This document shows, piece after piece, positions 1 through 11,430 of a stretch of 64,000 nt of DNA. The stretch is taken from assembly GCA_035084275.1 (NCBI GenBank), contig CM068742.1:128526001-128590000 (forward strand). Direction: 5' to 3'. A model generated the notes under the pieces. The model had not been told where the DNA came from and did no database searches. It saw only the letters and a program-made list of their open reading frames with translations. Both the position numbers and the translations under genes were made by a program. The first letter of the stretch is position 1; every line of letters starts with the position of its first letter. The DNA comes from Hydrolagus colliei. Lineage: Eukaryota.

Positions 1-407
1 AGATGGAGTCTGACCAAGGCTCTAAACAGCTAAAGCATCTGTACCTCCTTTCCTTAGACACTAACTTGGAAGACAATCTAATAAAATAAATATACCTTTA
101 AGGTGCTACTCATTTATAATCTCTTCAGATCAGAGCACATTCCGCAAATTCTTTGTGTTTCAGCTGTAGTGAAATTTTATCTTGACTGGTTTATAATGTG
201 TTTTCACCCAAGCACTTGTTTTCCCCCAACTCTATCTGAGGGAATCTTTTGCTCTTCATCAAACTGAGTTGTTGGTAAATATCAAAGAATCATGTTGAAT
301 GTCAGATAGGATAAAGGTTACATAAACCTAAATATTCATGACTAAAGTTCTTGTACTATATGGCCATAGTATGAATTTGTTTTGACAGTCAAGTCCAGCT
401 ATTTAAA

Positions 408-1013
408 AATAATAATAGCAATCGTTGCATTTGATATAGCACTTTTTACATCTTCTAGATGTCTCAAAGCACTTCAACAGACTATACTGTAAATTGAATT
501 GACTGTTTTGTATGTGGTTGAAATTTGGTAGCCAATTGTCTACAGCAGTATCTTACAAACAGCAGTGGATTGAAATGACCAATTTGTTTTTATGTATTAT
601 TATTAGGCGTTTATTATTGTAAGCAAACTAGTCCAAGGTTTTGCCCTGGCTAGAATTGAGTCCTGTAGCTCAGTGGTGAGAGCACTCACCTTACAAGCAA
701 AAGACCTTGTTTCAATTCCAGGGAGGGTGAAACCTTGGGCAAATTTCCTTACTCCACACGCCTAATAATAATCCCTCAAAAAAAAGATTTCAATCCACGA
801 CTGTTTGTGGGGCAGTGCTGTGCGCAATTGACTACCGCGTTTCGCCAAAATATATACAGTCAATTCACTTTAAAGTATATTCTGTGATGCACTTTGAGAC
901 TCTGGAAGATGTGAAAGGAGCTTTATGAAATCCAAGGATTATAATTATTATTCTTAATTGAACCCAGGTCTCGCTTGTAAGGTGAGTGCTCCAACCGCTG
1001 AGCTACAGGACTC
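408..1013 (-). mobile_element. tRNA-derived SINE, split by a second SINE insertion
   Basis: Head at 956-1013 (revcomp GAGTCCTGTAGCTCAGCGGTTGGAGCACTCACCTTACAAGCGAGACCTGGGTTCAATT) continues directly into body and tail at 408-657. Confidence 0.85.
658..955 (+). mobile_element. Full-length tRNA-derived SINE (CORE-like segment, Deu-like 3' module, L2-type tail)
   Basis: A box TAGCTCAGTGG, degenerate B box, ACCTTGGGCAAATTTCC, CTGTTTGTGGG...GTGCGCAATTG, (ATT)n tail; AATT on both flanks (654-657, 956-959). Confidence 0.9.
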
Positions 1014-1302
1014 AACAGAGTCTCTGTTTTAGAGTTTATTCTATGTATTGATATTTGTGCCTTGGCATTTCTTCAATATTTGACTTATGGCAGCAGCAGA
1101 AACATGTCTGGCTGAAATTCCACAATAAGAATAACAATGTATAATTATTACATGAACTCACACAGTGGAAATTGGCACTTCAATGCAGTTTTGTAGATTT
1201 GCTGCATTGTTTGAAGCACTGTCTGTTGTAAAATTGTCAATCCAAGGTTGAGTCTGCCTGTTCAGGTAGATTTTAAAGATCTCAAGGCTTATTCTTGGAG
1301 TG

Positions 1303-1611
1303 TAGTACTGTAGCTTAATGGTTAGAGCATTCGCCTCACAAGCAAGAGGACTTGGGTTAGATTTTCGGGCAGGGTGAAAACATTGGACAAGTTTCCTTAC
1401 TATACATGCCTCCGTTTACTCAGCAGTAAGTAGTCGCTTTTCTAGGTGTAATAATTCTGTACCACTGTTTGTGGTACACTGATGTGCCCAATTGGCTGCT
1501 GCGTTTCACCCAGAAAATATATAGTCATTTCACTTTACAGTATATTCTGTGATGCACTTTTAGGCCTCTTGAAGACATCAAAAGTGCTCTATCAAATGCA
1601 AGAATTATTAT
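1303..1611 (+). mobile_element. tRNA-derived SINE, older long-CORE variant
   Basis: Same head and tail as 658-955 but retains GCCTCCGTTTACTCAGCAGTAAGTAG. Confidence 0.8.
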
Positions 1612-1772
1612 GGATCGAGAGGCAAATTATTCTGATTATTTATTTTGTGGATGGATTATTACTCCCACAAAAGCAATTCACCAATCGACTAACACGCATG
1701 TTCCTTATCACTGCTTGGTAAACAGGCTTGTGTGTGGAGTAAAGAAACTTGCCTAACATATCGCTCTGACCT

Positions 1773-2274
1773 TTCCTGCTCTCCTTCCCCCTACCCCGAC
1801 CCCTCCCCATCTTTCCCCCCTTTTTCCCCTAGTCCCACTTCCATGACTGTTTGTGGGACACTACTGTGCGCAATTTGGCTGCCACATTTCGCCCACAAGT
1901 ATACAGTCAGCTTTGCTGCTCTCCTTCCCCCTTCCCCCCTAAGCCGAACCCTCCCCTTGCCATCTTTACCCCCTTTGTCTCTTAATCCCACTTCTATGAC
2001 TATTTGTGGGACATTGCTGTGCGCAATTTGGTTCCCGCGTTTCGCCCACAAATATACAGTCAATTTTTCTAGTCTTCTTCATCCTGCCCCGACCCCTCCC
2101 CACCCTGCTCTTGTCTCTACATAACTGTACAGCGCCTTGGGACGTCCTCTCAACGTGAAAGGCGCTATATAAATGAACGTTTTGATGGATTGATTGATTG
2201 GTTGGTTGATTGATTGATTGATTCATTCATTCATTCATTCATTGAGTGATTAAGTAATTGATTGAGTAAGTGAT
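1773..2274 (+). mobile_element. Chimeric tandem retroposon: 2 x (pyrimidine tract + SINE 3' module) + L2-type tail + (GATT)n/(TCAT)n
   Basis: Units at about 1773-1910 and 1911-2063, partial third unit, tail AGCGCCTTGGGACGTCCTCTCAACGTGAAAGGCGCTATATAAATG; lies inside a minus-strand SINE (about 1640-1772 and 2275-2312). Confidence 0.7.
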
Positions 2275-2491
2275 TGACCTGACCCTCCCGGGAATCTAGC
2301 TACAGGACTGCATATTAATTAATTAATTTGACTTTACAGGCAATTGCAGTCAAGGGGAATGACCATTTTTGTCAGCAAATGTGGCAACCATTTTGCATAG
2401 AGCAAGATTCTACAACCAGCCATTGGGGGAGTGACCAATCCATCTGGAGGATTGTTGATTTGGACATTTGTAAAACAAAACCTTTGCTTTT

Positions 2492-2778
2492 GGAGTGGTG
2501 TATTCGAATCCAGGCAGATCAGGGTGAAACCTTGGGCATGTTTCCTTACTCTACACGCCTAATAATAATCCATCCCAAAAAACTCCCACAATAATAAAAT
2601 TGGTGATTTTCAATCCACGACTGTTTGTGGGACGCTGCTGTGTGCAATTGGCTGTCGCATTTTGCCCACAAATACACAGTCAATTCACTTTACAATAAAT
2701 TCTGTGAAACGCTTTGAGACATTGATAAGATGTGAAAAGCGCTATATCAAATGCAAGGATTATAATTATTATTATTAT
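2492..2778 (+). mobile_element. tRNA-derived SINE with head deletion, inserted in a minus-strand Deu-SINE (about 2330-2975)
   Basis: B box TTCGAATCC, body near-identical to other young copies, (ATT)n tail. Confidence 0.85.
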
Positions 2779-4104
2779 GCCTTCGGTATTGCCTACCAAA
2801 AGAACAGAAGGATGAGAGCTCCGTGTAACACCTGATCTAAATGTTGGCACCTCAGAAAATGCAGCACTCGCTCAGTACTGCACTGGAATGTCAACCTGGA
2901 AAGTGAGCACACGTCCTAAAGTTGACACGACTGCCCGACCCGAAGACAAAATTGCCATCAGGTGAGCAGAGCTTGCTGCAGAAAAACAACCTGGCTCAAG
3001 ATGATTGAATGCAAATTGCCTGCACAACATGCACATACAATCTCATCTTCATATGAATCTTTGTGTAACCGATATTTTTTTCCTGTCAGACTTTAGCTTG
3101 TTACTAATCATAGTCTTTGTTTACTACCATGATTTATTATTAACACATTAGTCCCTGGGAGTATTTCGAATATGTTTTTGAAAAAAATCCCAAATAGTGT
3201 TTTATCAACATAGTATAAGCTAAACAGGTCAATAAACTGTACTCTTTGATCATATATCTTCCAGAGAAGCAGTTGGGAGAGCATGGGGTATGTTGCATAG
3301 TTTATTCTAAAGATTGTGATAGGATTCATAATTCCTTGCTTTTGTAAAATGGTTGGTTGAGCGCTATTCTTTTCAAATGTGGACAGATTTACGCATCAGT
3401 GTTTATCAGAGTAACTAATAGTTTGCTTTATTGTTCATTCATATGGGGAAGAATATTTAAGGCAACTCAATTTCCTGGAAAACTTTATCTCAGTGTTAGG
3501 TTACTGTACAAACTTCTGGTTCACTATTGCAGGCAGCTGTTTGCCAGGTCATGTAAATGCCCACTTCAGAAAAAGACTGCAAAATGTCTCTGAGCTCATC
3601 TGAGATCAGTTATTTATACAGACGTATGTTAAGAAGCAACCTGGAGCAATGTAGATATACTTTGCAAAGTATTATTGAGTCAGTCAAGCAAAAGCAACCA
3701 TTTTTTGGGGAGGCCCATTTAATCCTATTTATACCACTTGGGTCTACTGATATGTGATTAACTGAGTTTCCATTTCTCATACTTTACAGCTATGGCCCAC
3801 CTCCAATAATTGTGATCAGTTTGATATGCACTCCTTAGGGTATGTGCAGCTAAAGTCAAAACAAAATTCTTCTTTCCATCTGAACCATGTCTTACCTTCT
3901 TGAACAGGAATTGTTTGTGGTTTGGCCTTTGATTGGAAGTTTTTTTTTATTGTGGGATGAGATCAGTACTACATTTAGTCAGTTACATTTTCTGCAGATG
4001 GATGAATAGGTTTGATTGTAGAACAAGCCGCCCACAGTCTGAGGCCATGTGCTGAAAGGCTCCAACTTTAAGTACCTTTTCAATGATACTGTTAATATGA
4101 CAAC

Positions 4105-4576
4105 CTGTCAGCCTGGCTCGGTTGGTTATTATCTTGCCTCTGAGTGAGTAGTTTCAGTATTTAGACCCCATGTTGGGACTTGAATTCATTTTGTGTGTAC
4201 TGACATGAGAAGCACTGGGGGAGTTGCTGGTTTCTTGTAGTTGTCATCCTTTGGATGATGTGTTAAACCGAAGTTCCATTTGCCTGTTCAGGTGGATGTT
4301 AAAAATTCCATGGCTCTATTCAAAAAGAGAAGGGCATTTCTCCTAGAGTCCAGGCCAACAATCCCCAAATAAAATTGGTCATTCATTTTGTGAGTGTTTG
4401 TACGACATTGTTGTATGCAAATTGTCTGTTACATTCTCTCATAGTGTAAATTGAATAACTTTGTGTCACACTTTGAAAAATTGTGAAAGCCTTTGAGATG
4501 TCACAATAACACATCCTCCTGTCCTCCTGACGTGAAAAGTGTTTTCAAAGTATAATTTTGTTGTTGTTGTTGTTGT
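4105..4576 (+). mobile_element. Deu-domain SINE (SacSINE1-like), decayed
   Basis: Head GTCAGCCTGGCTCGGTTGG...GCCTCTGAGT; Deu-like core GGATGATGTGTTAAACCGAAG...GCCTGTTCAGGTGGATGTTAAAAATTCCATGGC; (TTG)n tail. Family name from recall. Confidence 0.75.
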
Positions 4577-5008
4577 GAGGCTTTGTCAACTGCAGGGCTA
4601 TTATCAGTAATATTTTGCATTGTTAGAGGAGTCTCGGTAAAAACGTACAGTAATTCCAACTGTCTTTTGAAATGCAATCGAGATGAAATCCAGGAGAATA
4701 TTTTATTTTATTGTGGCTAAAGCGGTGCATAAACTGTAGAAAATCTGGAGCATTAACAGTTTTGTTAGCCACAAACAAAGCCAGAGAGTGATGATGAGAT
4801 ATGTTTCAGTGCCTTTAAATGAAGGAAAACTAATTTACAATGCATAATCTTTGTGCCTTGCTTTCTGATGAACAAATGCAAATGGAGCATATCAGATTGG
4901 AACAGTCACTTGGCTTTATAGATGAGCTCTGAATAAAGACATTTGTCAGTACACGGAGTGGCGGAGGGGTTGGTAGGGAAGAGGTAGATTGCAACCCATG
5001 ATGTTGGT

Positions 5009-5396
5009 GGAGTACTGTACCTTAGTGGTTAGAGCTCTCACTTTGTAACCGAGAAGACCTGGGTTCGATTCTTCCGTTTGCTTACTACACATGACTCGTG
5101 TTTACCCAGCAGTAAGTAGGAAACTTGTTTGTCCCTCATCCCCTCCACTCCAACATTGATGGCTGTACCTTCAGCCACAATGCACCGAAACTCTGGAACT
5201 CTCTCCTTCAATCCCTCCTCTTTGCCCCTGCGTCTCCACTTTCAAGTCCTGCCTACAGATCTTCCTTTTTGATTGTGCTTATGATCACCTCCCTGCCTCC
5301 CGCTCCCCCTGGTTCGGGATAATACTCCATCACTGTCAAGCACTCAGGGATGCTACCCTGTGTGCTTGGCACTAGATAAATGCAAGTTGTTGTTGC
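5009..5396 (+). mobile_element. SINE head and CORE-like segment joined to an L2 3' fragment
   Basis: tRNA-like head 5009-5124, then L2 C-terminal coding remnant (TFSHNAPKLWNSL) and AAATGCAAGTTGTTGTTG tail. Confidence 0.7.
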
Positions 5397-5856
5397 TCAA
5401 TGGCGGAGTTCACATTTCTGAGATACAGACTAAGAGATCCATTGCTTTGTGAACCTAAGCTCTAAAATAAAAAAATACATGGTGGGAGTCTGCCTCACTT
5501 ATCAAGCAAATTCTATGCTGCCTAATTGCAAAGCTTTTCAAACAGAGTTCTAGCAACTCCTTCCATTACCTTGTTCAAGGTTGATCTTAAGATATACCTA
5601 TTTCACTGTGCTTTCGGTCATCTGTCCCTTCCCCATTCATTTTGCCTCCAACTACCAGTTCAGGTGACAAGTGAGAAATGTTCAGTGCTTTGACAAATCA
5701 TCCCAACTTGAAAGGCACTATACAACTGCATTGTCGTACATTGCGATAACAACAACTTGTATTTATATTGTGTCCTGCATGTAGAGTACCATCTCAGAGT
5801 CCATAACATCAGTAGCGTTTGAAATCAAACCACGATAAATAATTTGATGATATTAA

Positions 5857-6140
5857 ACAACAGCAACAAAATTACACTTGTACAGTGCCTTTCATGTCAG
5901 GAACACATCCCAAAGCGCTGGCCAATCATTGTTTCAGACCCAAGCTGGGGTCTAGGATGGGGAAGGCGGGAGGGGAAGATTTGGGGTGACCAATGGAACC
6001 ATCGAAGAGGAGGGTCTTGAGACGGGACTTGAAGGAGGCTAGGGAGGAGGCGAGGCAGAGGGACGGCAGGATGGAGTTCCAGAGGTTGGGTGCAGAGTGG
6101 TTGAAGGCTTGTTCGCCGATGGTGGGGCAGGTGGGTCTAG
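5857..6140 (-). mobile_element. L2 3' fragment
   Basis: Collinear with the 3' end of the L2 at 29879-30190. Confidence 0.75.
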
Positions 6141-7565
6141 ATTTACTTTATTAGCATACCATTTCAGGGTGAGAAGGGTTTGGCAAATAATTACACTGAG
6201 TTTTAATTTTGAGCAAATATATCGCAGTTTTTAAAAGAACATAAAGTTCAAGACTGTATTTGAGAATGTGACCAATTCTGACTGCTCGGAACTGCTGCAT
6301 AGGATACATAGGATACATCAAGATGCAGGTGGAATTTCACGCACTTCAAGCACTCTGGGATGCTAGCCTGCGTCAGGGCGCATTATATAACTACAAGTTG
6401 TTGTTGCTGAATTTCTCTCCACAGGAGTACAGGAGTTTAATATAATAATAATAATTATCATTATTATTACTTGCATTTGATACAGCACCTTATCACCTCT
6501 ATGAGACATCTTGAGGTGTTTCATAAGATATACTGCAAAGTAGATTGAATGTATTTTACTGGTGAAACGTGGCAGCCAATTGTTCAGAGCAGTTTCCCAC
6601 AAACAGTCATGGATTGAGTGACTAAATTATTATTTCCCTTAAGGCTATTTCAATAGATGAGAAAGGAACTTTTAAACTTTCCTTTAAGTTTTAAATAAGA
6701 ATTAAATTTAGAATTAGCAGCAATAAAAGCAGGTTGATATTTAACCATCTTCATCAAATAAATTCCAAAAGCAGCTCTAAGAGGTGCTGTGGGGATTGGG
6801 ACTCAAAATCAAATCGATACCATTTATACTGACTTCAAGATTGATTTAATGCAGATGCCGAATGAATTCTGTGTTCCAAGTATAGAATATCCGGAACAAT
6901 ACAATTAATTTTATTCCTATATTTTAATGAAATACCAACAGCAAGAAGGGATTCTCTTTGAAGCAGGAAATGTATTTTGATTTTAACTGGATTTCCAAGC
7001 AATCTGCTCATCTAGGCTGGAACCAATAGAGCTTCAGACTGTGTAAATTGCTTCGATCATTCACAAAATTGCAGAACAACGCATCTTTGTTCAACTCTAA
7101 AGGTGTCTCGATCATGTGTCGTGACCTGTGCTGCTTTTGATATTACAACTTTGCTTCTGCTGGTAGAATGAATATAAAGAAAAATGTCTGGATTTTACTG
7201 AAACTGAAGAAGAAGAAGAATTCTTGCTTTGATATGATGTTTTTCACATCTTCTAGACATCTCAAAGCATTTCAAGGAATATACTATAAAATGAATTGAC
7301 TGTTTATTTGTGGGCAGCAAATTGTGCAAGAAACTGAACAGTCATGGGTCAGGACTGAGAGGCTGAAAGCCTGGCCGCCAATCATAGGGCAGGTCTGGCG
7401 GGAGACATGGAGCAGACCGGAGTCTGACAAAGGGTGAGAGCAGATTTACATGCTACTCAGATGAATCTCTCAGACTGAGCTCCTTAGTTATATCGTTAAC
7501 AGAGATTCTGATGGCTTTGTCCATGTGTGAGAGTGTTTGATATCATAATACTGCTTGTGTGATGA

Positions 7566-9425
7566 CAACAGGCTCAAAATTCAGAAGGGAACCAAGCAGA
7601 ATATAGGAAGTGTAGGATAGAACTAAAAAAGGAAGTTAGAGGGGCAAAGAGACTGCATGAAAAACAATTAGTGAGTAAGATTAAGGGGAACCCTAAGGTT
7701 TTTTACCAACATATTAAGAGTAAAAGGTTGGTCAAGGATAGGGTGGGGCCAATTAGGGACCTAGGAGGAAATCTCATTGTGGAGGCAGAGGGCATGGCTG
7801 ATGTACTGAATGAGTACTTCGCCTCTGTCTTCACAAAAGAAAAGGATACAGCCAATGCCATGGTATTGGAGGAGAGGGTAGGAGAAATGGATAGAATAAT
7901 TATAAACAGAGAGGAAGTTCTAAAAAGGTTGACGTCGCTCAAGGTGGATAAGTCACCTGGTCCGGATGGGATGCACCCTAGGTTACTAAGGGAGGCACGG
8001 GAGCAAATAGCAGGGACTCTGGCCACGATCTTTCAATCTTCCTTGGACACAGGGGTCGTGCCAGAGGACTGGAGGATAGCTAATGTTACTCCCTTGTATA
8101 AAAAGGGGCAGAAGGACAGACCAGTCAGTCTAACGTCGGTAGTGGGCAAACTTCTAGAGTCCATAATCAGGGACAAGGTAGATCTTCACTTAGAAAGATA
8201 TAGGCTAATAAAGGACAGTCAACATGGATTTGTTAAAGGCAAATCTTGCCTTACAAATCTGATAGAATTTTTTGATGAGGTAACGGAATGGGTGGATAAT
8301 GGTAGCGCAGTTGATGTAGTTTACATGGACTTTCAAAAGGCATTTGACAAAGTGCCACATGAGAGACTTATTAGAAAATTAAAGGCCCATGGCGTAAAAG
8401 GGACAGTGGCAGCGTGGATCCACAACTGGCTGCAAGACAGAAAGCAGAGAGTTGTAGTGAGCGGCTGTTTTTCAGACTGGAGGGAAGTGAGCAGTGGTGT
8501 GCCACAGGGATCAGTTTTGGGACCATTGCTGTTTGTAATCTACATCAATGATCTGGACTTGGGTGTACAGAGTACAGTTTCCAAGTTTGCAGATGACACT
8601 AAGTTAGGGAGAATAGTAAATAGTGAGGAGGATAGTAGCCATCTGCAAGAGGATATAGACAAATTGGTAAAGTGGGCAGACACATGGCAGATGAAGTTTA
8701 ATGCAGAGAAGTGTGAGGTGATGCATTTTGGGAGAAGAAATGAAGGGAGGCAATATAGGCTAGATAGTATAATTTTAAATGGTGTGAAGGAACAGAGAGA
8801 CCTGGGGATTTGTGTTAGTGACTCGTTGAAGGTGGCAGGACAGGTAGACAAGGCTGTTAAGAAGGCATATGGGATACTAGGCTTTATAAATAGGGGTATA
8901 GAGTACAAAAGTCAGGAAGTGCTGACTAACCTCTATAAGACTTTGGTGAGGCCTCAGCTGGAATACTGTGTTCAATTCTGGTCACCACACTACAGAAAGG
9001 ATGTGAAGACATTGGAAAGGGTACAAAGAAGATTTACTAGGATGGTGTCAGGATTGAGGGACTTCAGCTATGAGGAGAGGCTAGATAGGCTAGGGTTATT
9101 CTCTCTGGAGCAGAGAAGATTGAGGGGAGACCTAATAGAGGTTTATAAGATCATGAGGGGTTTCGACAGGGCAAATAGAGAAACACTATTTCCACTCGTG
9201 GGCGAATCTGTGACTCGTGGTCACAGATTTAAAATAGTTTCAAGGCGAAGTAGAGGGGAGCTAAGGATAATTTTTTTCACTCAGCGAGTTGTTCGAATCT
9301 GGAATGCATTGCCTGAAAAGGTGGTGGAGGCTGATTCGATAACAACTTTTAAAAGGGAATTAGATCTTTATTTAGGGAGAACGGGTCTATTAGGCTATGG
9401 GGAGCGGGCAGGGCAGTGGGATTAA
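7566..9425 (+). CDS. CR1 ORF2 reverse transcriptase portion (no endonuclease, no genuine start codon)
   Basis: [55 protein letters not shown]. Frame is open from 7566, upstream of the listed 7671 start. Confidence 0.9.
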   Translation, partial: QQAQNSEGNQAEYRKCRIELKKEVRGAKRLHEKQLVSKIKGNPKVFYQHIKSKRLVKDRVGPIRDLGGNLIVEAEGMADVLNEYFASVFTKEKDTANAMVLEERVGEMDRIIINREEVLKRLTSLKVDKSPGPDGMHPRLLREAREQIAGTLATIFQSSLDTGVVPEDWRIANVTPLYKKGQKDRPVSLTSVVGKLLESIIRDKVDLHLERYRLIKDSQHGFVKGKSCLTNLIEFFDEVTEWVDNGSAVDVVYMDFQKAFDKVPHERLIRKLKAHGVKGTVAAWIHNWLQDRKQRVVVSGCFSDWREVSSGVPQGSVLGPLLFVIYINDLDLGVQSTVSKFADDTKLGRIVNSEEDSSHLQEDIDKLVKWADTWQMKFNAEKCEVMHFGRRNEGRQYRLDSIILNGVKEQRDLGICVSDSLKVAGQVDKAVKKAYGILGFINRGIEYKSQEVLTNLYKTLVRPQLEYCVQFWSPHYRKDVKTLERVQRRFTRMVSGLRDFSYEERLDRLGLFSLEQRRLRGDLIEVYKIMRGFDRANRETLFPLVGESVTRGHRFKIVSRRSRGELRIIFFTQRVVRIWNALPEKVVEADSITTFKRELDLYLGRTGLLGYGERAGQWD

Positions 9426-9516
9426 ATCGCTCTTTTCAAAGAACCGGCACAGACTAGATGGGCCGAATGGCCTCCTTTTGTGCCGTAAAATTCTATGAAT
9501 CCATGAATCTATGAAT
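7566..9516 (+). mobile_element. CR1 LINE, young, 5'-truncated (subfamily A)
   Basis: Uninterrupted RT frame; 3' UTR hairpin GGCACAGACTAGATGGGCCGAATGGCCTCCTTTTGTGCC; TTCTATGAA-type terminal repeats. Confidence 0.95.
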
Positions 9517-9698
9517 AAACATGTGGATCTGTAAACACCCAGAATGGCACCATGCCACAAACACTGGATCTACACATAGAAAGAGTGGAGACAAAATAAA
9601 AGGCGATTGCATGGGAAAAATTAAGCCTGGAGTATGAGACAAATGATTGAGGAGCGTGAAACCTCTAATTTTATTGTAAGAAACAACTGATCTTAGTA

Positions 9699-10020
9699 TA
9701 ATAGAATCCTACAGCACAGAAGAAGGCCATTCAACCCATCATACCTGGGCCAGCTCTTTGAAAAAGCTATCTAATTAATCCCACTACCCCGCTCTTACCC
9801 CATAGCCCTGCAATTCTGTTCCTTTGCAAGCACCTATCCAGTTCTGTTTTGAAACCTACTATCAAATCTGCTTTCAGCACCCTCCCTTTCAGGCAGCACA
9901 TTCAAACTCTCTGGGTAAAAAAAAATGCTCGGCTCCCCTCTGGTTCTTTTGCCAGTTATCTTAAATCTGTGTCCTCTGGTTACCACGAACTCGCCAGTGG
10001 AACAAGTTTCCCCTTATATC
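9699..10020 (-). mobile_element. CR1 3' fragment, tail-to-tail with the previous CR1
   Basis: ATAGAATCCTACAGCACAGAAGAAGGCCATTCAACCCATC is the reverse complement of a CR1 3' UTR. Confidence 0.8.
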
Positions 10021-10769
10021 TTATAGTATGAGACGGTTGATCTTATGTAGCTTTAGTCAGCGTACGCTAACAAGACTACAATTTTTACTGTGTAGTTCCT
10101 TCAAATGATTGCATCAACTCTCATGCTTTGAGACTGGTTCTGGGAGTTGCTGGAAATGAGTATTCTTCTATGGATTTAGCTTCAGGAAGATCAGAATTCT
10201 CTGAATTATAAATCTGCATTTTAAGACCAACTTGTGGAGAAAACACTTCCTTAGATTTCCTAGATTCAGAATGCATAGAGGCAAAGATATATAAATAGTG
10301 GTGTTTGGTATTGCTTGAAGTACAATTAAATAAGTTACGATGTAACATTGTTGAGACTGAATAAAAAGAGGCCATTCAGACTTTCAAGTATGAGGTGTCA
10401 CTTGACCAGATTTTTTATTATCATTCCCCTGCCTTCTCTAAAGTAGCACAACCAAGAATTAGGAGCAGAAAGCCAGGCATAAGACTCAACATTCTAGTGG
10501 CCCTAAGACAGTCTGAGACCAAAGAGGATGTTATCTTAACACCAAGCCTTCCCTCCAAATTTACCAGAGATTCTGAGAAAATGTACATATTACAAACTGT
10601 TTCCTTTCCACCATTCCGATGGAGATCAGTAGAGTAAACAGTAACCTCAAGCTACCTCACACCCATAAATAACAAGGAGGGCATACCCATCCCTGCTGGA
10701 AATTCATTATTTCAGTGAACAACATGTGACTTGGGTATTCTGTTCCTCTTCACAGTCAAGTCTAGCTCA

Positions 10770-11230
10770 TTTTCAAAACCCAAGCTCTGACCCCCATCAC
10801 CTTAGGCATTGCCAGGTTCCATATCACAGAATGGATCAAATATAAAGTCCTCACACTCACCAACAAATTACTTTGTGGCCTCACACCTCCTTCCCTCTCC
10901 AACCTGTTCATACATAATTTCTCTACCTGTTCATTTTGTTCAGCATGCTCAACCTTCTGCATATCCCTTGCTCTCTCTGCTCCACCATCGGCGGTTGTGT
11001 TGTCAACCACCACAACCCAAACTCTAAAACTCCCTGCTTTATCCCCCCCACACTATTCCAGGGCAGCAGAGTGGTAGTGTGAGGGGGGGAGATTTTTTTC
11101 CAGGGGCAGGAGGAGATGAGGATGGATTGGGTGGCAGGAAGAGTAATTGAGGAGTTAAAGGAGATGCAGTGATGGTCCAAGATGGTTTTGTTGGTGATGG
11201 TAAGTTCTGAGATGCTGAATGTGGTCTTCA
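10770..11230. mobile_element. Decayed L2 fragments (+ strand C-terminal part; - strand endonuclease-end remnant)
   Basis: + strand YKVLTLT-like remnant; - strand ILDHHCISF...PWKK resembles the SDH region of L2 APE. Confidence 0.5.
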
Positions 11231-11234
11231 CTAC

Positions 11235-11430
11235 TCAGAAGCATTGGTTGAAGCAGAAACTATTTATGTAGTTAAGAGGATCCTTGATGTCTATATTAGG
11301 CAGAAAGATATAGGGGAGGGGATTTGGGGATTGGAGGCTTGAGTGAGTGGATTTTAAACATTGGCACAGACTAGTTAGGGCAAATGGCATGTTTCCTTGC
11401 TGTAGCACTTAATGTAATACTATGTAATTA
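11235..11430 (+). mobile_element. Old CR1 3' end
   Basis: GGCACAGACTAGTTAGGGCAAATGGCATG 3' UTR remnant with degenerate tail. Confidence 0.6.

Noticed and set aside
3533-3623. Exon-like segment with good splice sites (MPTSEKDCKMSLSSSEISYLYR)
   Set aside because: All three frames contain a stop unless it is a first coding exon; the peptide is unrecognised and no downstream partner can be supported.
7703-8908. Minus-strand ORFs of 107 and 122 aa (and + ORFs at 30504 and 30631)
   Set aside because: Antisense shadows of the RT frames.
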